A stretch of DNA of 64,000 nt from Octopus vulgaris (GCA_951406725.2 OX597823.1:70618001-70682000); one strand, 5' to 3'; shown: positions 40,846 through 54,878, counted from the first letter of the stretch. Numbers and translations: made by a program. The notes: a model not told the origin generated them from the sequence alone.

Positions 40846-42368
40846 TCAGTAAATCACCAAGACCGTCAACTTCCGTAATATGGTGTCAAATTTTACATCA
40901 CTCGAAACTACAGCTAAAACTATGTCAGTAAACAGATTGCCGTTTCGAACGAAGAAAATTTTGACACTATATTACGAATGTCTAAGAGAAGATGAAGATC
41001 TTTGTTTCTTAATCGTTAACTGGCGGAATTCTACTTATAACCCCTCATAACTTTTTTTATCTTTTGGAATTTTCAGAAAAGTTTAATTTTACACAGGGGA
41101 ATTCACATAACTATGACAAAAAAAAAATTCTTTTTAATTTTTGAAAAGTTAAAAAAAAAAATTAAATATGTAGAGTCCAAACTTTTTGCGTGAATCCCAA
41201 CAATAGACAATTAAATGTGTTTATGGGGAGAAAGATATTGGAAAGCCTCAATACGTCACTGACAAACAAACGAGAAGGTATGAGGTGGTCATGGGATGTG
41301 CTAAAAATAACAGTTAAAGAGCCCTTAAATCACGCACTAAATTCTTTTTGCACAATCGTATGAATTCCCGTATATCGAAAACAGATTCGCAAAAATTTTC
41401 TGAAAATTTCAAAAAAATAAAAACGTTATGAGGGACTTATATGTCGTGCGTAAAGCAGAATTCTATCGACTAACTTGTTATCAATGCTGCAATGGTTTTT
41501 GTTTCAGAACACGATATCTGATGAAAACACAGGCTATGCATGCACATCGAAATAAACATAGGAAAGAAAAACCTTTTACTTTGATTATACGGTCGAGTGT
41601 CCCACCACGAGGATCTTTAATACATTTAATAGCTTGATTTCTTTTATTTATAAAATGAAAAATCACATGAAATAAATTTAAACATTCAAAAAACATAGTT
41701 TTATTGTCAATTCTTAACATTTCACCGATTCACTTCCTCGTCAACGGTTGTGAAATTATGTTCCGGTCAGTTACAAAAATCTGGATAAAAATCTTTTTGC
41801 CAGCGCTTCTTTTCGTATTTGTATTATTGAAATATATATACTTTTTGTCGTGTCTTTCCTTATCTTTCATTCAATATAACATATAGTAAACAGCAATAAA
41901 ATTTTAAAATGTGTCCGTTCTGTATTCTTTCTTTCTTGACTGTTCACCGGTTACTTAGTGAAGGCATAACCAAGCGATAAAAAAAGTTGTAAATTTTTCA
42001 TTTATGTCAGACACGACCAACCGATTGCATGATTTGCTGAAGAATAAAGTATAAAGAGTAATGATGGATTGTATGGAGACACTGTTGCTGATGGACCGAA
42101 AGAAAAACACCACCACATATATTATTAGTTAATGTGATAATCAAAATTAAATTTAACGGACTTAAAAAAAATAATTAAATATAAAACTCAGCATAAAAAA
42201 AAAAAAAACGGATTTATAATTCAAGTTAATAAAACGACAACGACGAATTTTGGAAGCGAAACGAACAAAAAACGAAACTAAATAATATTAAGAATAATTA
42301 CAAGAAAGTCTTATCATTATTCAGTTTTTATTTATATTTAATTGTCCTTAAATGCAAGAAGCTTAAAC
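40846..42368. promoter_or_regulatory. Probable (possibly bidirectional) promoter/5' UTR region upstream of DNAJC2
   Basis: Microsatellite-free, CpG-retaining stretch between two outward-facing start exons; TSS not locatable from sequence. Confidence 0.4.
41042..41433. mobile_element. Old MITE-like element with ~90-bp imperfect inverted arms
   Basis: CCCTCATAAC...GGAATTTTCAGAAAA is mirrored by TTTTCTGAAAATTTC...GTTATGAGGG. Confidence 0.5.
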
Positions 42369-42423
42369 ATGTTACTTGACACTGGAGAAGACGATGAAAT
42401 CAATATTCTGGGGCAGGTTTCAG
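42369..42423 (+). CDS. DNAJC2: DNAJC2 coding exon 1 (MLLDTGEDDEINILGQVS+G)
   Basis: ATG at 42369, donor TCAG|GTAAAC. The phase-1 end joins exon 2 in frame (G|CT=Ala); length and MLL start fit the metazoan DNAJC2 N-terminus, but sequence similarity of this exon alone is weak. Confidence 0.72.
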
Positions 42424-43676
42424 GTAAACAAACGAAAGATAAATTATTATTATTAACTACTGATTGTGTAATTTTCAGCGCCAAACTTCACTTTTTTACA
42501 TCATTAACATTATTTCTTATGTTTTTTTGCCATTGTACCTTTTTACCTGTATTCATCTATATAGCTCTGTGTTTTCTGTCGAAATGCTAACGATTCTATA
42601 ACAAAAAAAAAAAAGGGAAGAATGAGGAAAGATTGAACATAATTGATAGCATTTTAAATGAATTTAGATTTTTTGAAGGCCTTCACAAATTTATAATTTC
42701 CATTGGCAAGCTTTGTTTTACAAGTAATACGTATGAATGAATTACAATGTTGAAACACGTGTGTCGGATGTCGTAGGTGTACCGATGGATCCTCCGTCAG
42801 TTTTAACGATAATCATTAAGTTGTCCCATCATCTGAACATCGGACTAGTTAAATTAACGTACACATGGCTGAGTATTCCTCACACGTGTACCCCAACGTA
42901 ATTTCCAAACTGAATCAGAATATGTGACTAGGTCGGGTACGTTGACTCACTGTTACATTGCATGCAACGAGCTTCCTCAAAGTATCCGTCTACCCAGGTT
43001 TATTTTCTAATGTTTGGGCTTATTCGAGGCTTATAATAAAGACGCTTTCCTGAGATACCATACATTAGGATCGAACGCATGACGATGAAGCGAACGTCTT
43101 AACTACTCAGCTATACATATAACGGAAATCTGAAGGACGAGGTCTGTGACTGGATTTAAATTCCAGGTTATGGTTATTTCCTTTACTTTCAAGTGATCTA
43201 GTTTACCTATTACTCCTAGAGATTGTACCACATCCCAACAGTGAGATCACTGTCTGTGTACTTTAATTCAGGCGCGTAGGGGTAACACTTATGAGTTGTT
43301 TAGACACTTTCGTTCAGCACCGACTGACCAGACCTATTGTCAATGTTATTATGTAACGTTTCCTTGAAAATAGTAAAGTGTAACCTGTGGGGAAATTTGG
43401 CAGCTATTTCTAACAGGACTAACAAACACTACTTCGAGGTACTCGTTCACTCGGAGCTGCTTGCATTGATTGAAATACGAAAGAACTGCATATTCCTGGG
43501 AAAATAGATAAAACGTTTTTATTTATATTGTCTGCTTGTTGACAAATCAGTGTAATTATACCAAGTTATATTAAAGATTATCAATAGTATATACAGTGTG
43601 AAGCCTCAATTTTGGCAGAATAAAACACAAAGAGTTATAAGTCGTTTGTTATCAAAATGAAGATGAATATAGCGTT

Positions 43677-45462
<1,786 letters not shown>

Positions 45463-47768
45463 ACAAAGGTAAAGGCGATGCCCTAGATACAAATAACTAC
45501 AGGGGCATCAAGCTGTTGGATCAGGTAATGAAGGTTACGGAGAGGGTTATAGCCCAGTTAATTAGAGAGAGAGAGTTAGCTTAGATGATATGCAGTTTGG
45601 GTTCGTGCCAGGGAAAAGTACTACTGATGCTATATTCCTGGTAAGACAGCTGCAGGAGAAATACCTAGCCAAAGGTAAGCCCTTGTACCTGGCTTTTGTT
45701 GACTTAGAGAAAGCCTTTGACAGGGTCCCCCGATCCCTTATCTGGTGGTCAATGAGGAAACTAGGGATAGATGAATGGTTAGCGAGCCATGTACAGAGAC
45801 GCAGCTTGTAAGGTGAGGGTTGGCAACGGGTACAGTGAAGAATTCCGGGTAGAGGTTGGGGTCCACCAAGGTTCAGTCCTCAGCCCCCTCCTATTTATCA
45901 TAGTCCTCCAGGCAATAACGGAAGAATTTAAGACAGGATGCCCCTGGGAGCTCCTATATGCTGATGACCTTGCTCTAATTGCTGAGTCACTATCAGAACT
46001 GGAGGAGAAGTTTCAGGTGTGGAAACAAGGATTAGAATCGAAGGGCCTTAGAATCAACCTAGCCAAAACCAAAGTCCTAATAAGTAGGAAGGTGGACCAA
46101 CCACAAACGACTTCAGGTAGATGGCCCTGCTCGATCTGTAGAAAAGGTGTAGGTAGAAACTCTATAAGGTGCACCAAGTGTAAGCTATGGACACATAAGA
46201 GGTGCAGCAATGTCAAAGGTAGGCTAACTGGGAAGATAGTTTTCGTATGTGGCAGATGCTCAGGAGAAATAAACACTGGAAATGTGCAGAGACCAACTTC
46301 TACCACGTTCCAGGGAGACAAACTAGAAGTAGTTGATAGCTTCCGCTACCTTGGAGACCAAATTAGTAGCGGGGGTGGGTGTGCTGAAAGTGTAACTGCT
46401 AGAGTAAGAATAGCCTGGGCAAAGTTTAGAGAGCTCTTACCCCTGCTGGTGACAAAAGGCCTCTCGCTCAGAGTAAAAGGCAGACTTTATGATGCATGTG
46501 TACGTACAGCCATGCTACATGGTAGTGAAACATGGGCCGTGACTGCTGAGGATATGCGTAAGCTCGCAAGAAATGAAGCCAGTATGCTCCGATGGATGTG
46601 TAATGTCAGTGTTCATAGTCGTCAGAGTGTAAGTACCTTGAGAGAAAAGTTGAACCTAAGAAGCGTCAGTTGTGGTGTGCAAGAGAGACGGCTGCGCTGG
46701 TATGGTCATATGACGAGAATGGCTGAAGATAGTTGTGTGCAAAAGTGCTACACCCTAGCAGTTGAGGGAACCTGTGGAAGAGGTAGACCCAGGAAAACCT
46801 GGGACGAAGTGGTGAAGCACGACCTACGAACTTTAGGTCTCACCAAGGAAATGACTAGAGACCGAGACCTATGGAAGTATGCTGTGCGTGAGAAGACCCG
46901 GCAAGACTAGTCAGGCCATAACCCGTGGCCCCTACCTGGACGTAGTCAGTCCACCTGTGCATACCTTCCTTCTTGTGACACTTGTGAAGACCTGTTGAGG
47001 CAAGCGAAAATCAAACAAAATCAAAATAGATGAACATCAATGGAATTTGTATCTTTGTGGTACCAGTGCCGGTGGCACACAAGAATACCATCCGAACGTG
47101 GGTGTAGCCAGTACCGCACCGACTGGCCTCCATGCTGTGGGCACGTAACAATCACCACCCAATCGTGGCCGATCGCCAGCCAAATCTGGCTCCTGTGTCG
47201 GTGGCACATAAAAACACCATCCGAGCGTGGTCGTCTGCTAGCCTTGTCTGGCACCTGTGTCGGTGGCACATAAAAACACCATCCGAGCGTGGCCGTTCGC
47301 CAGCCTCGTCTGGCACCTGTGTCGGTGGCACATAAAAACACCATCTGAGCGTGGTCGTCTGCCAGCCTTGTCTGGCACCTGTGTCGGTGGCACATAAAAA
47401 CACCATCCGAGCGTGGTCGTTCGCCAGCCTCGTCTGGCACCTGTGTCGGTGGCACATAAAAAAAAAAAAAACACCATCCGAGTGTGGTCGTCTGCCAGCC
47501 TTGTCTGGCACCTGTGTCGGTGGCACATAAAAACACCATCCGAGCGTGGCCGTTCGCCAGCCTCGTCTGGCACCTGTGTCGGTGGCACATAAAATCACCC
47601 ACTACACTCTCGGAGTGGTTGGCGTTAGGAAGGGCATCCAGCTGTAGAAACACTGCCAGATCTGACTGGCCTGGTGCAGCCTTCGGGCTCCCCAGACACC
47701 AGTTGAACCGTCCAACCCATGCTAGCATGGAAAGCGGACGTTAAATGATGATGATGATGATGATGATG
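45463..47768 (+). mobile_element. RTE-clade LINE, 5'-truncated, near-intact RT (two frameshifts) with internal PHD finger and tandem-repeat 3' UTR
   Basis: NYRGIKLL, QFGFVPGKSTTDAIF, FVDLEKAFDRV, GVHQGSVLSPLLF, LLYADDL, FRYLG, HGSETW, RLRWYGH, RGRPRKTW; (ATG)n tail. Confidence 0.95.
47196..47600 (+). repeat. 62-bp tandem repeat (six units plus a partial unit) in the RTE 3' UTR
   Basis: Unit TGTCGGTGGCACATAAAAACACCATCCGAGCGTGG...TCTGGCACCTG; two variants alternate. Confidence 0.95.
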
Positions 47769-47772
47769 TATG

Positions 47773-47803
<31 letters not shown>

Positions 47804-47819
47804 ATATATATATGAATGT

Positions 47820-48920
47820 ACGCATGTCCTCGGCAGTGAAACATGGGCCGTGACTGCTGAGGACATGCGTAATCTCGCGAGGAATGAAGCCAGTATGCTC
47901 CGATGGATGTGTAATGTCAGCATGCATACTCGACAGAGCATTAGTACCCTGAGAGAAATGTTGGGTCTAAGAAGCATCAGTTGTGGTGTGCAAGAGAGAC
48001 GATTGCACTGGTATGGTCATGTGGCGAGAATGGATGAAGATAGGTGTGTGAAAAAGTGCCAATCCCTAGCAGTTGAGGGAACCCATGGAAGAGGTAGACC
48101 CAGGAAAACCTGGGACGAGGTGGTGAAGCACGACCTTCGAACCTTGGGTCTCACTGAGGAAATGACCGGCGACCGAGACCTTTGGAAATATGCTGTGCGT
48201 GAGAAGACCAGGCAGGACAAGTGAGTCCAGCCCACTTATGCATGCCTTTCCCTCCTTGGACACACAAAGACCTGTTGAGGCAAGTGAAGTCGATATCGAA
48301 CCTCATCCGAGGACAGGCACCTATGGCAACCCCCCTTGCTTGCGAAGACCTGTTGGGGCAAGTGAAATCGAAATTGAACCAATCCTATGACTAGCACCCG
48401 GCAGGTGCCAGGGCCCTGGGACTGGAGGTACGTAAAAGCACTATCCGAATTGTGGCCGATGCCAGCCCCGCCTCGACTGGCTTCCATGTCGGTGGCACGT
48501 AAAAAGCACCATCTGAATCGTAGCCGAAGTCATTGCCGCCTCGACTGGCTTCCATAAAATGCACCATCCGAATTGTGGCCGATGCCATCGCTGCCTAGAC
48601 TGGCTTCCGTGTCGGTGGCACGTAAAAAGCACCATCCGAATCGTAGCCGAAGCCAGTGCCGCCTCGACTGACTTCCATAAAATGCACCAATCCGACCGTG
48701 GCCGATGCCAGCCTCGCCTGGCACCAGTGCAGGTGGCACGTAAAAAGCACCCACTACACTTACGGAGTGGTTGGCGTTAGGAAGGGCATCCAGCTGTAGA
48801 AACATTGCCAGATAAGACTGGAGCCTGGTGCAGCCTTCTGGCTTCCCAGATCCCCGGTCAAACCGTCCAACCCATGCTAGCATGGAGAACGGATGTTAAA
48901 CGATGATGATGATGATGATG
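47820..48920 (+). mobile_element. RTE LINE 3' fragment (related subfamily)
   Basis: GSETWAVTAEDMR...RGRPRKTW...EKTRQDK, repeat-containing 3' UTR and (ATG)n tail. Confidence 0.92.
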
Positions 48921-49171
48921 ATATATATATATATATGTATGTATATATATATAATATATATATTATATATATATATGTATGTATATATATATAATATATA
49001 TGTATGTGTGTGTATATATATATATATATATTCGTTTTGCAAGATTCTTGATGTGAATTCGTGTGTTGTAACAGATATTGTTGTATTTAGGGATGATCAT
49101 GTTGCCAGTTTAGCCAATAAAAACACACGCACTATATATTTGGTGTTAACCTGCTTCAGCTTTATCTTTTA

Positions 49172-49571
49172 CTAGCAGTATCGCCCGGCGTTGCTCGGGT
49201 TTGTAAGGGAAATAACTATATAAGCATTTTTAGAGAGTTATAGCCAAAAAATAGCAAAAAAATGCATTAAAAATGGAAAAAAATAATGGTAAATTTTTTT
49301 AAAAATCGTTGACTCATCGTAGACATTTTTTAGAGAGTTACTATCCCTTATATAATAGCGAAAAAATGCATTAAAATGGAAAAAAGATGATGGTAAATTT
49401 TTTTTTAAATCGTAGACTCATCGTAGATGCGCGCTAATACCCAGAAGTGCTCGATATGAATCACGACTATAAGATACCCGGTTTTGGTTAAACTGCACTG
49501 CAAAATGTGGGAGTAGTTAGGAATCTAAATCGTAGGAGACAGACACACAACTTGACTTTTATATATAAAGA
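49172..49571 (-). mobile_element. Complete 400-bp non-autonomous Helitron
   Basis: Minus strand A|TCTTTATATATAAAAG...CCCGAGCAACGCCGGG-CGATACTG-CTAG|T: TC start, subterminal hairpin, CTAG end, A/T target. Confidence 0.88.
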
Positions 49572-50164
49572 TTATGATTAATATAAGATAAAGCTGAAGC
49601 AAGTGGATACTAAATATATAGTGCGTGTGTTTTTATTGGCTAAACTGGCAACTTTGCCATCCCCAAATACAATAATATATATATATATATATAAATACAT
49701 GTGTATTTGTATGTGTGTATATGTATATGTGAAAGCGTGTGGTCTAGTGGTTAGGTTGTTGCACTTCCTATCGTGGGTTCGATTCCCAGATCGGGCTGTG
49801 CATTGTGTTCTTGAGTAAATATATATATATATATGCGTGTATGTATACATATGTACACACACACACGCATGTAGTTCAAATTTAGAGGAAAGTAAAGACG
49901 AAGACAGGTGAGGGAACAGCGAGAAAGTTTATTAGTGTTACGCTTGGGAAGATTGAGAAGGTCTTTGATGTTTCAAGCTTAGGCTTTTCGACAGAAATCA
50001 AAGAGAGGAAACCAATGTGTAGGGATTAATGGTTTAACATGAAATGAATGAATCAATGTATATATTAACACATATATTTATATGGTGTATATATCATTTA
50101 TATATGTTGATACATTTATTTATGGATATGCATATATATAGGTATATATATATATATATTTATA

Positions 50165-50877
50165 TCCTCATCATCATCATCATCATGTCCGCTTTCCATG
50201 CTAGCATCGGTTGGACGATTTGACTGAGGTCTGGTGAACCAGATGGCTGCACCAGGCTCCAGTCTGATCTGGCAGAGTTTCTACACCTGGATGCCCTTCC
50301 TAACGCCAACCACTCCGAGAGTGTAGTGTGTGCTTTTACGTGCCACTGGTACAAAAGCCAATCGGGCAGTACTGGTAATGGCCACGCTCAAATGGTGTTT
50401 TTATGTGCCACCTGCACAGGAGCCAGTCCAGCGGCACTGGCAATGACCTCGCTCAAATGTTTTTTCATGTGCCACCAGCACAAGTGCCAGTAAAGCGACG
50501 CAGGTAACGATTACGCTCGAATGGTGCTTTGTACGTGTCACTGGCACGGAAGCCAGTTAGCCGCTCTGGCAATGATCACACTCAGATCTTGCTCTTAGTG
50601 CTCCACTAGCACGGATGCCAGTCAACAAATTTGATTTCGATTTCACTTGCTGCAAGCAGAGTTTAGTGTCCAATGAAGGAAAGGTATGCATAAGTGGGCT
50701 GGTTACACACCTGGCATAGATCACGAGGTTATGGTCTCACATGGCTTGCAGAGTCTTCTCAAGCACAGCATATTTCCAAAGGTCCTGGTTACTAGTCATT
50801 GCCTCGGTGAGGCCTAATGTTCGAAGGTCTTGCTTAACCACCTCATCCCAGGTCTTCCTGGGTCTACCTCTTCCACA
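50165..50877 (-). mobile_element. RTE LINE 3' fragment
   Basis: CGRGRPRKTWDEVVKQDLRTLGL, same 3' UTR and (ATG)n tail on the minus strand. Confidence 0.9.
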
Positions 50878-50885
50878 TATATATA

Positions 50886-51083
50886 CAGTAATCCCTTGAC
50901 CATCGTGGGTGTACATTCCCAAACCTGCTGCGATAGGTGAAAATCTACGAAGTAGAAAAAGTACTGTACTGTATATTTAAAAAAATTATTTTTAAAATTT
51001 GTATATATTTATTTTATTATAAATTCCACAGAGGAATTGATGCAAGCTTAAATAAGAAACTGTGATATGGCAAGGGAATACTG
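50886..51083. mobile_element. TA-flanked MITE (Tigger/pogo-like TIRs)
   Basis: TA|CAGTAATCCCTTGACCAT ... ATGGCAAGGGAATACTG|TA. Confidence 0.7.
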
Positions 51084-51870
51084 TATATATATCTATATAT
51101 TACTGTATTTATATATGTGTGTATGTGTGTGTTTGTTAGGAAGGGCCATCCAGCTGTAAAAACCCTGCCAAAACATACACTGTACCGTAAGGTAATTTTT
51201 TTTCCTGGCCTGCTACTGTGAACCTCTTACCCATGCATGCATGGAAGATGGTCGTTAAGCAATGATAATAATGATGACGATAATGGGAGAACATCTACCT
51301 AAACTGTACAGATGAAATTTTCTGACCCTGCCTTCGTGAACTCAAAATGTCCTTGGATACTGGTCGTCTGTGCCAGGAATATCGACACGAGATCTACCAT
51401 CATTATTTCCCATCACACAATCTATGGCTTTAGCATAAATTCACCACACCCAACTTATTATATACCAACAGACATGTACATGTCCACATGATTTTAAGAT
51501 TGCTCTCCCCATCCCTGTTCCCCTCCACATCTACCCCCTTTCTGACCCCAATATCCATCTATACTCTTCAAGTATTTACCTTTTGAACCTTGATGGCATT
51601 TTCTGATCCCTGTCAAAGGGACATAACTCTAACAAGCAAACGTTAATTTTCTGTGTTTCTTCTATACAACTTGTTCATTTTGTTTTTTTTTTTATGAAAT
51701 CTGCAATGTGACATTTTCTGACCTCTAGTGGCAAAGAGCCTGCACCATGCTTTTCTTATCCTTCTGATAAGTGGTGTGGTTGGGTTTGCCAAACTGATTG
51801 ATAACATTGGTTGAAAAGGGGTCTATAATACTGTTGTATAAATAATACCTAAAAAATGATATATTTATAG

Positions 51871-52240
51871 TCGCAGGTATGGCTGTGAGATAAGAAACTT
51901 GCTTCTCAATCACATGGTTCTGAGTTCAGCCCCACTGTGTGGCACTATGTGCAAGTGTCTTCTACCATAACCTCAGGCCAATCAAAGCTTTGTGAGTGGG
52001 TTTGGTAGATGGAAACTGAATGAAAGCCTGTCATATACATATATATATATATATGTGTGTGTGTCTTTGTGTTCATCTCCCACCATCACTTGACAACCTG
52101 TGTTAGTGTGTTTATGTCCCTGTAACTTAATGGATTGGCAAAAGAGTCCGATAGAATAAGAATTAAAAAAATAAGTGCTGGCATCAATTAGTGTGTGTGA
52201 CTAAAAAATACCTTATGTTGGTACTTCAACATGGCCACAT
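51871..52240 (+). mobile_element. SINE family A, diverged
   Basis: Recognisable head, central (TA)n and tail. Confidence 0.8.
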
Positions 52241-52649
52241 CCCTTCCATACTTGCTACCCCAATAATGCTAATGTCTTCACAGCAAGTTGAAGGCATTTA
52301 CCTTAATTAAAGATGTGCTCAAAGCACAGCTAGACAACCTATGGGCTAATCTTTTTGATAGCACTGCCTTGTGCTGTTAAAGACATCAGCTGCTATGAAG
52401 AAGGAAGAACAACAGTTGGTTATGATGCAGAGGCCCATGAGAAGATCTGTACTTGGAATACATTGTGGAAGCATATCTGGAATGGATGAATTATAGAATG
52501 GAGTGCAGTGAGCAATATGGTCTGAATGCTGAACACACATGCTCCACTGAGCTAGACATGTTGCAAGATTCACAGACAATAGGTGGAGCCATGCAATTTT
52601 TGAATAAGACAGGAAGGGACCACTCAGATGACCTCCAAAATGATGGGAA

Positions 52650-52881
52650 GGTGACAGCTGGCAGAGATGTTAACCTGCCGGGCGAAATGCTTAACGGTAT
52701 TTCGTCTGCCATTACGTTCTGAGTTCAAATTCCGCCGAGGTCGATTTTGCCTTTCATCCTTTCGGGGTCGATAAATTAAGTACCAGTTACGCACTGGGGT
52801 CGATGTAATCGACTTAATCCATTTGTCTGTCCTTGTTTGTCCTCTCTGTGTTTAGCCCCTTGTGGGTAGTAAAGAACTAGG
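52650..52881 (+). mobile_element. SINE family B
   Basis: AGCTGGCAGAGATGTTAAC...GAGTTCAAATTCC...GGGTAGTAAAGAACTAGG. Confidence 0.85.
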
Positions 52882-53237
52882 AAAAATTTGGGCTGAAATG
52901 GAAGACAAGGGCACGATCAAAGCAATAATAGAAGCACATTGTACCCAGCGAGATATATATATATATACATATATATATGAATATAAGAGAGTGACCACTA
53001 TGTGGTCGACTCTAGCACTAAAAATAGATCCGCTAGGGTTTCAGCCACGAAGAATTGTTTCCGATGAAAGTTAGCACAACTATTAGCATAAACGAACAGG
53101 GCAAAGTGATCACTCTCTTATATTTACATATAAAATTTATTGTATTCCAGGTTTTTATGCACTAAGCCACTTGGTGTTAAATTGATGGTACTATTAAATT
53201 AGTATCCAATTTTCTCACCCTTATTAGTTGATTATAT

Positions 53238-53735
53238 AAAAGCACCGTAAAAGCACCGTCCGCTCGTGGCCGTTTGCCAGCTCTGTCTGGCAACCATGTC
53301 GGTGGCACGTAAAAGCACCATCCGTTCGCGTCCGTTGCCAGCCTCGGCTGGCCCCCGTGCCGGTGACACGTAAAAGCACCGTCCGTTCGTGGCCGGTTGC
53401 CAGCTCTGTCTGGCCCCGTGTCGGTGGCACGTAAAAGCACCATCCGTTCGTGTCCGTTGCCAGCATCGCCTGGCCCCGTGCCGGTGACACGTAAAAGCAC
53501 CATCCGTTCGTGGCCGTTCGCCAGCTCTGTCTGGCACCTGTGCAGGTGGCACGTAAAAAACACCCACTACACTCGCGGAGTGGTTGGCGTTAGGAAGGGC
53601 ATCCAGCCGTAGAAACACTGCCAGATCTGACTGGGCCTGACGAAGCCTTCCAGCTTCACAGACCCCAGTTGACCCGTCCAACCCATGCTAGCATGGAAAG
53701 CGGACGCTAAACGATGATGATGATGATGATGATGA
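53238..53735 (+). mobile_element. RTE 3' UTR-only copy with five ~60-bp tandem units
   Basis: GGTGGCACGTAAAAGCACC units, terminal CGTCCAACCCATGCTAGCATGGAAAGCGGACG stem-loop and (ATG)n. Confidence 0.9.
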
Positions 53736-53896
53736 TATATATATATATGAATATAACTAATTATTTGGACTTGGGTATATGGTTAGTAGTATGCTGATTA
53801 AAGCATTTTCACTGGTTAGGCTACCTGGTGTCATCCATAGTTATGATATAAGTGTCATTGGATCAATGCCAGGAATTCCGCAGTGTTTGTTGAGTT

Positions 53897-54146
53897 TATA
53901 ATGAATGAAGGAAACAGAAAATGGAGTCAGCAAGAATCTTTATTCAACGCGATAACCAGTTTGATCCATCCTGCATCTGTCCTTTGCAATGGGATATTGT
54001 ACAGTTTGTTGTGCACTGGTGAATGCAACACAACTAGCTGTAAAATATCCCACCTGCAAGGGACAGATGCAGGATGGGTCGAAATGGTTGTTGTGTTGAA
54101 TAAAGATTCTTGCTGACTCCATTTTCTGTTTCTCTCATTCATTATA
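53897..54146. repeat. Imperfect inverted repeat, ~120-bp arms, short loop
   Basis: TATAATGAATGA...GAAACAGAAAATGGAGTCAGCAAGAATCTTTATTCAAC is mirrored by GTTGAATAAAGATTCTTGCTGACTCCATTTTCTGTTTC...TCATTCATTATA. Confidence 0.92.
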
Positions 54147-54178
54147 TCATCATCATCATCATCGTCATCATCATCATC

Positions 54179-54219
<41 letters not shown>

Positions 54220-54746
54220 TAGATAGATATATATGTCTGTGTGTATATATATATATATTTATATATATAATGTCTATATATATGTATGTATATATATAAT
54301 GGCTATATATATACATATATAAAGATATCTGGTAGTCTGTTCATCCTACCAGGGTGTTTTACTCTCCTGCACCTGATGGCTGGAGGTGATTGAGGAGGAT
54401 CTCCAAAGGATCGATGTCATCTTGGAGGATGTAGCGGGGCTAGCTTGGGACTGCCAGCAATGGAAAGCACTGGTGAACCTGGTCAATTCTACGCATGATA
54501 ATGCCTCTGAGACCACTAACTTGGAATGACCCCAGCCCAATCAAGCAACAGCATGAGGCCAGAATCCAGGTAGTCTGATTGATAGAATGATATATATGAG
54601 TGCAAGTGTGGCTGTGAGGTTTAAAAGTTAGCTATCTAACAACATGGTCTTGGTTAGACCCTGTGAAGACTATAACCTTGTGAGTGTATTTTTTTAAGCC
54701 AAAACTGTTAGAAGTTTGTTATATATATATATATATATATATATAT

Positions 54747-54878
54747 AGGAAGGGCATCCAGCTGTAGAAACATTGCCAGACAAGACTGGAGCCTGGTGCA
54801 GCCTTCTGGCTTCCCAGATCCCTGGTCGAACCGTCCAACCCATGCTAGCATGGAGAACGGACGTTAAATGATGATGAT
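54747..54878 (+). mobile_element. Very short RTE 3'-end copy
   Basis: Nearly identical to 48778-48920. Confidence 0.85.

Noticed and set aside
47196-47600. Regular repeat array that superficially resembles CRISPR (also 48425-48750, 53238-53560)
   Set aside because: Intervening sequences are near-identical rather than unique spacers, there are no cas genes, and the array is part of a eukaryotic LINE 3' UTR.
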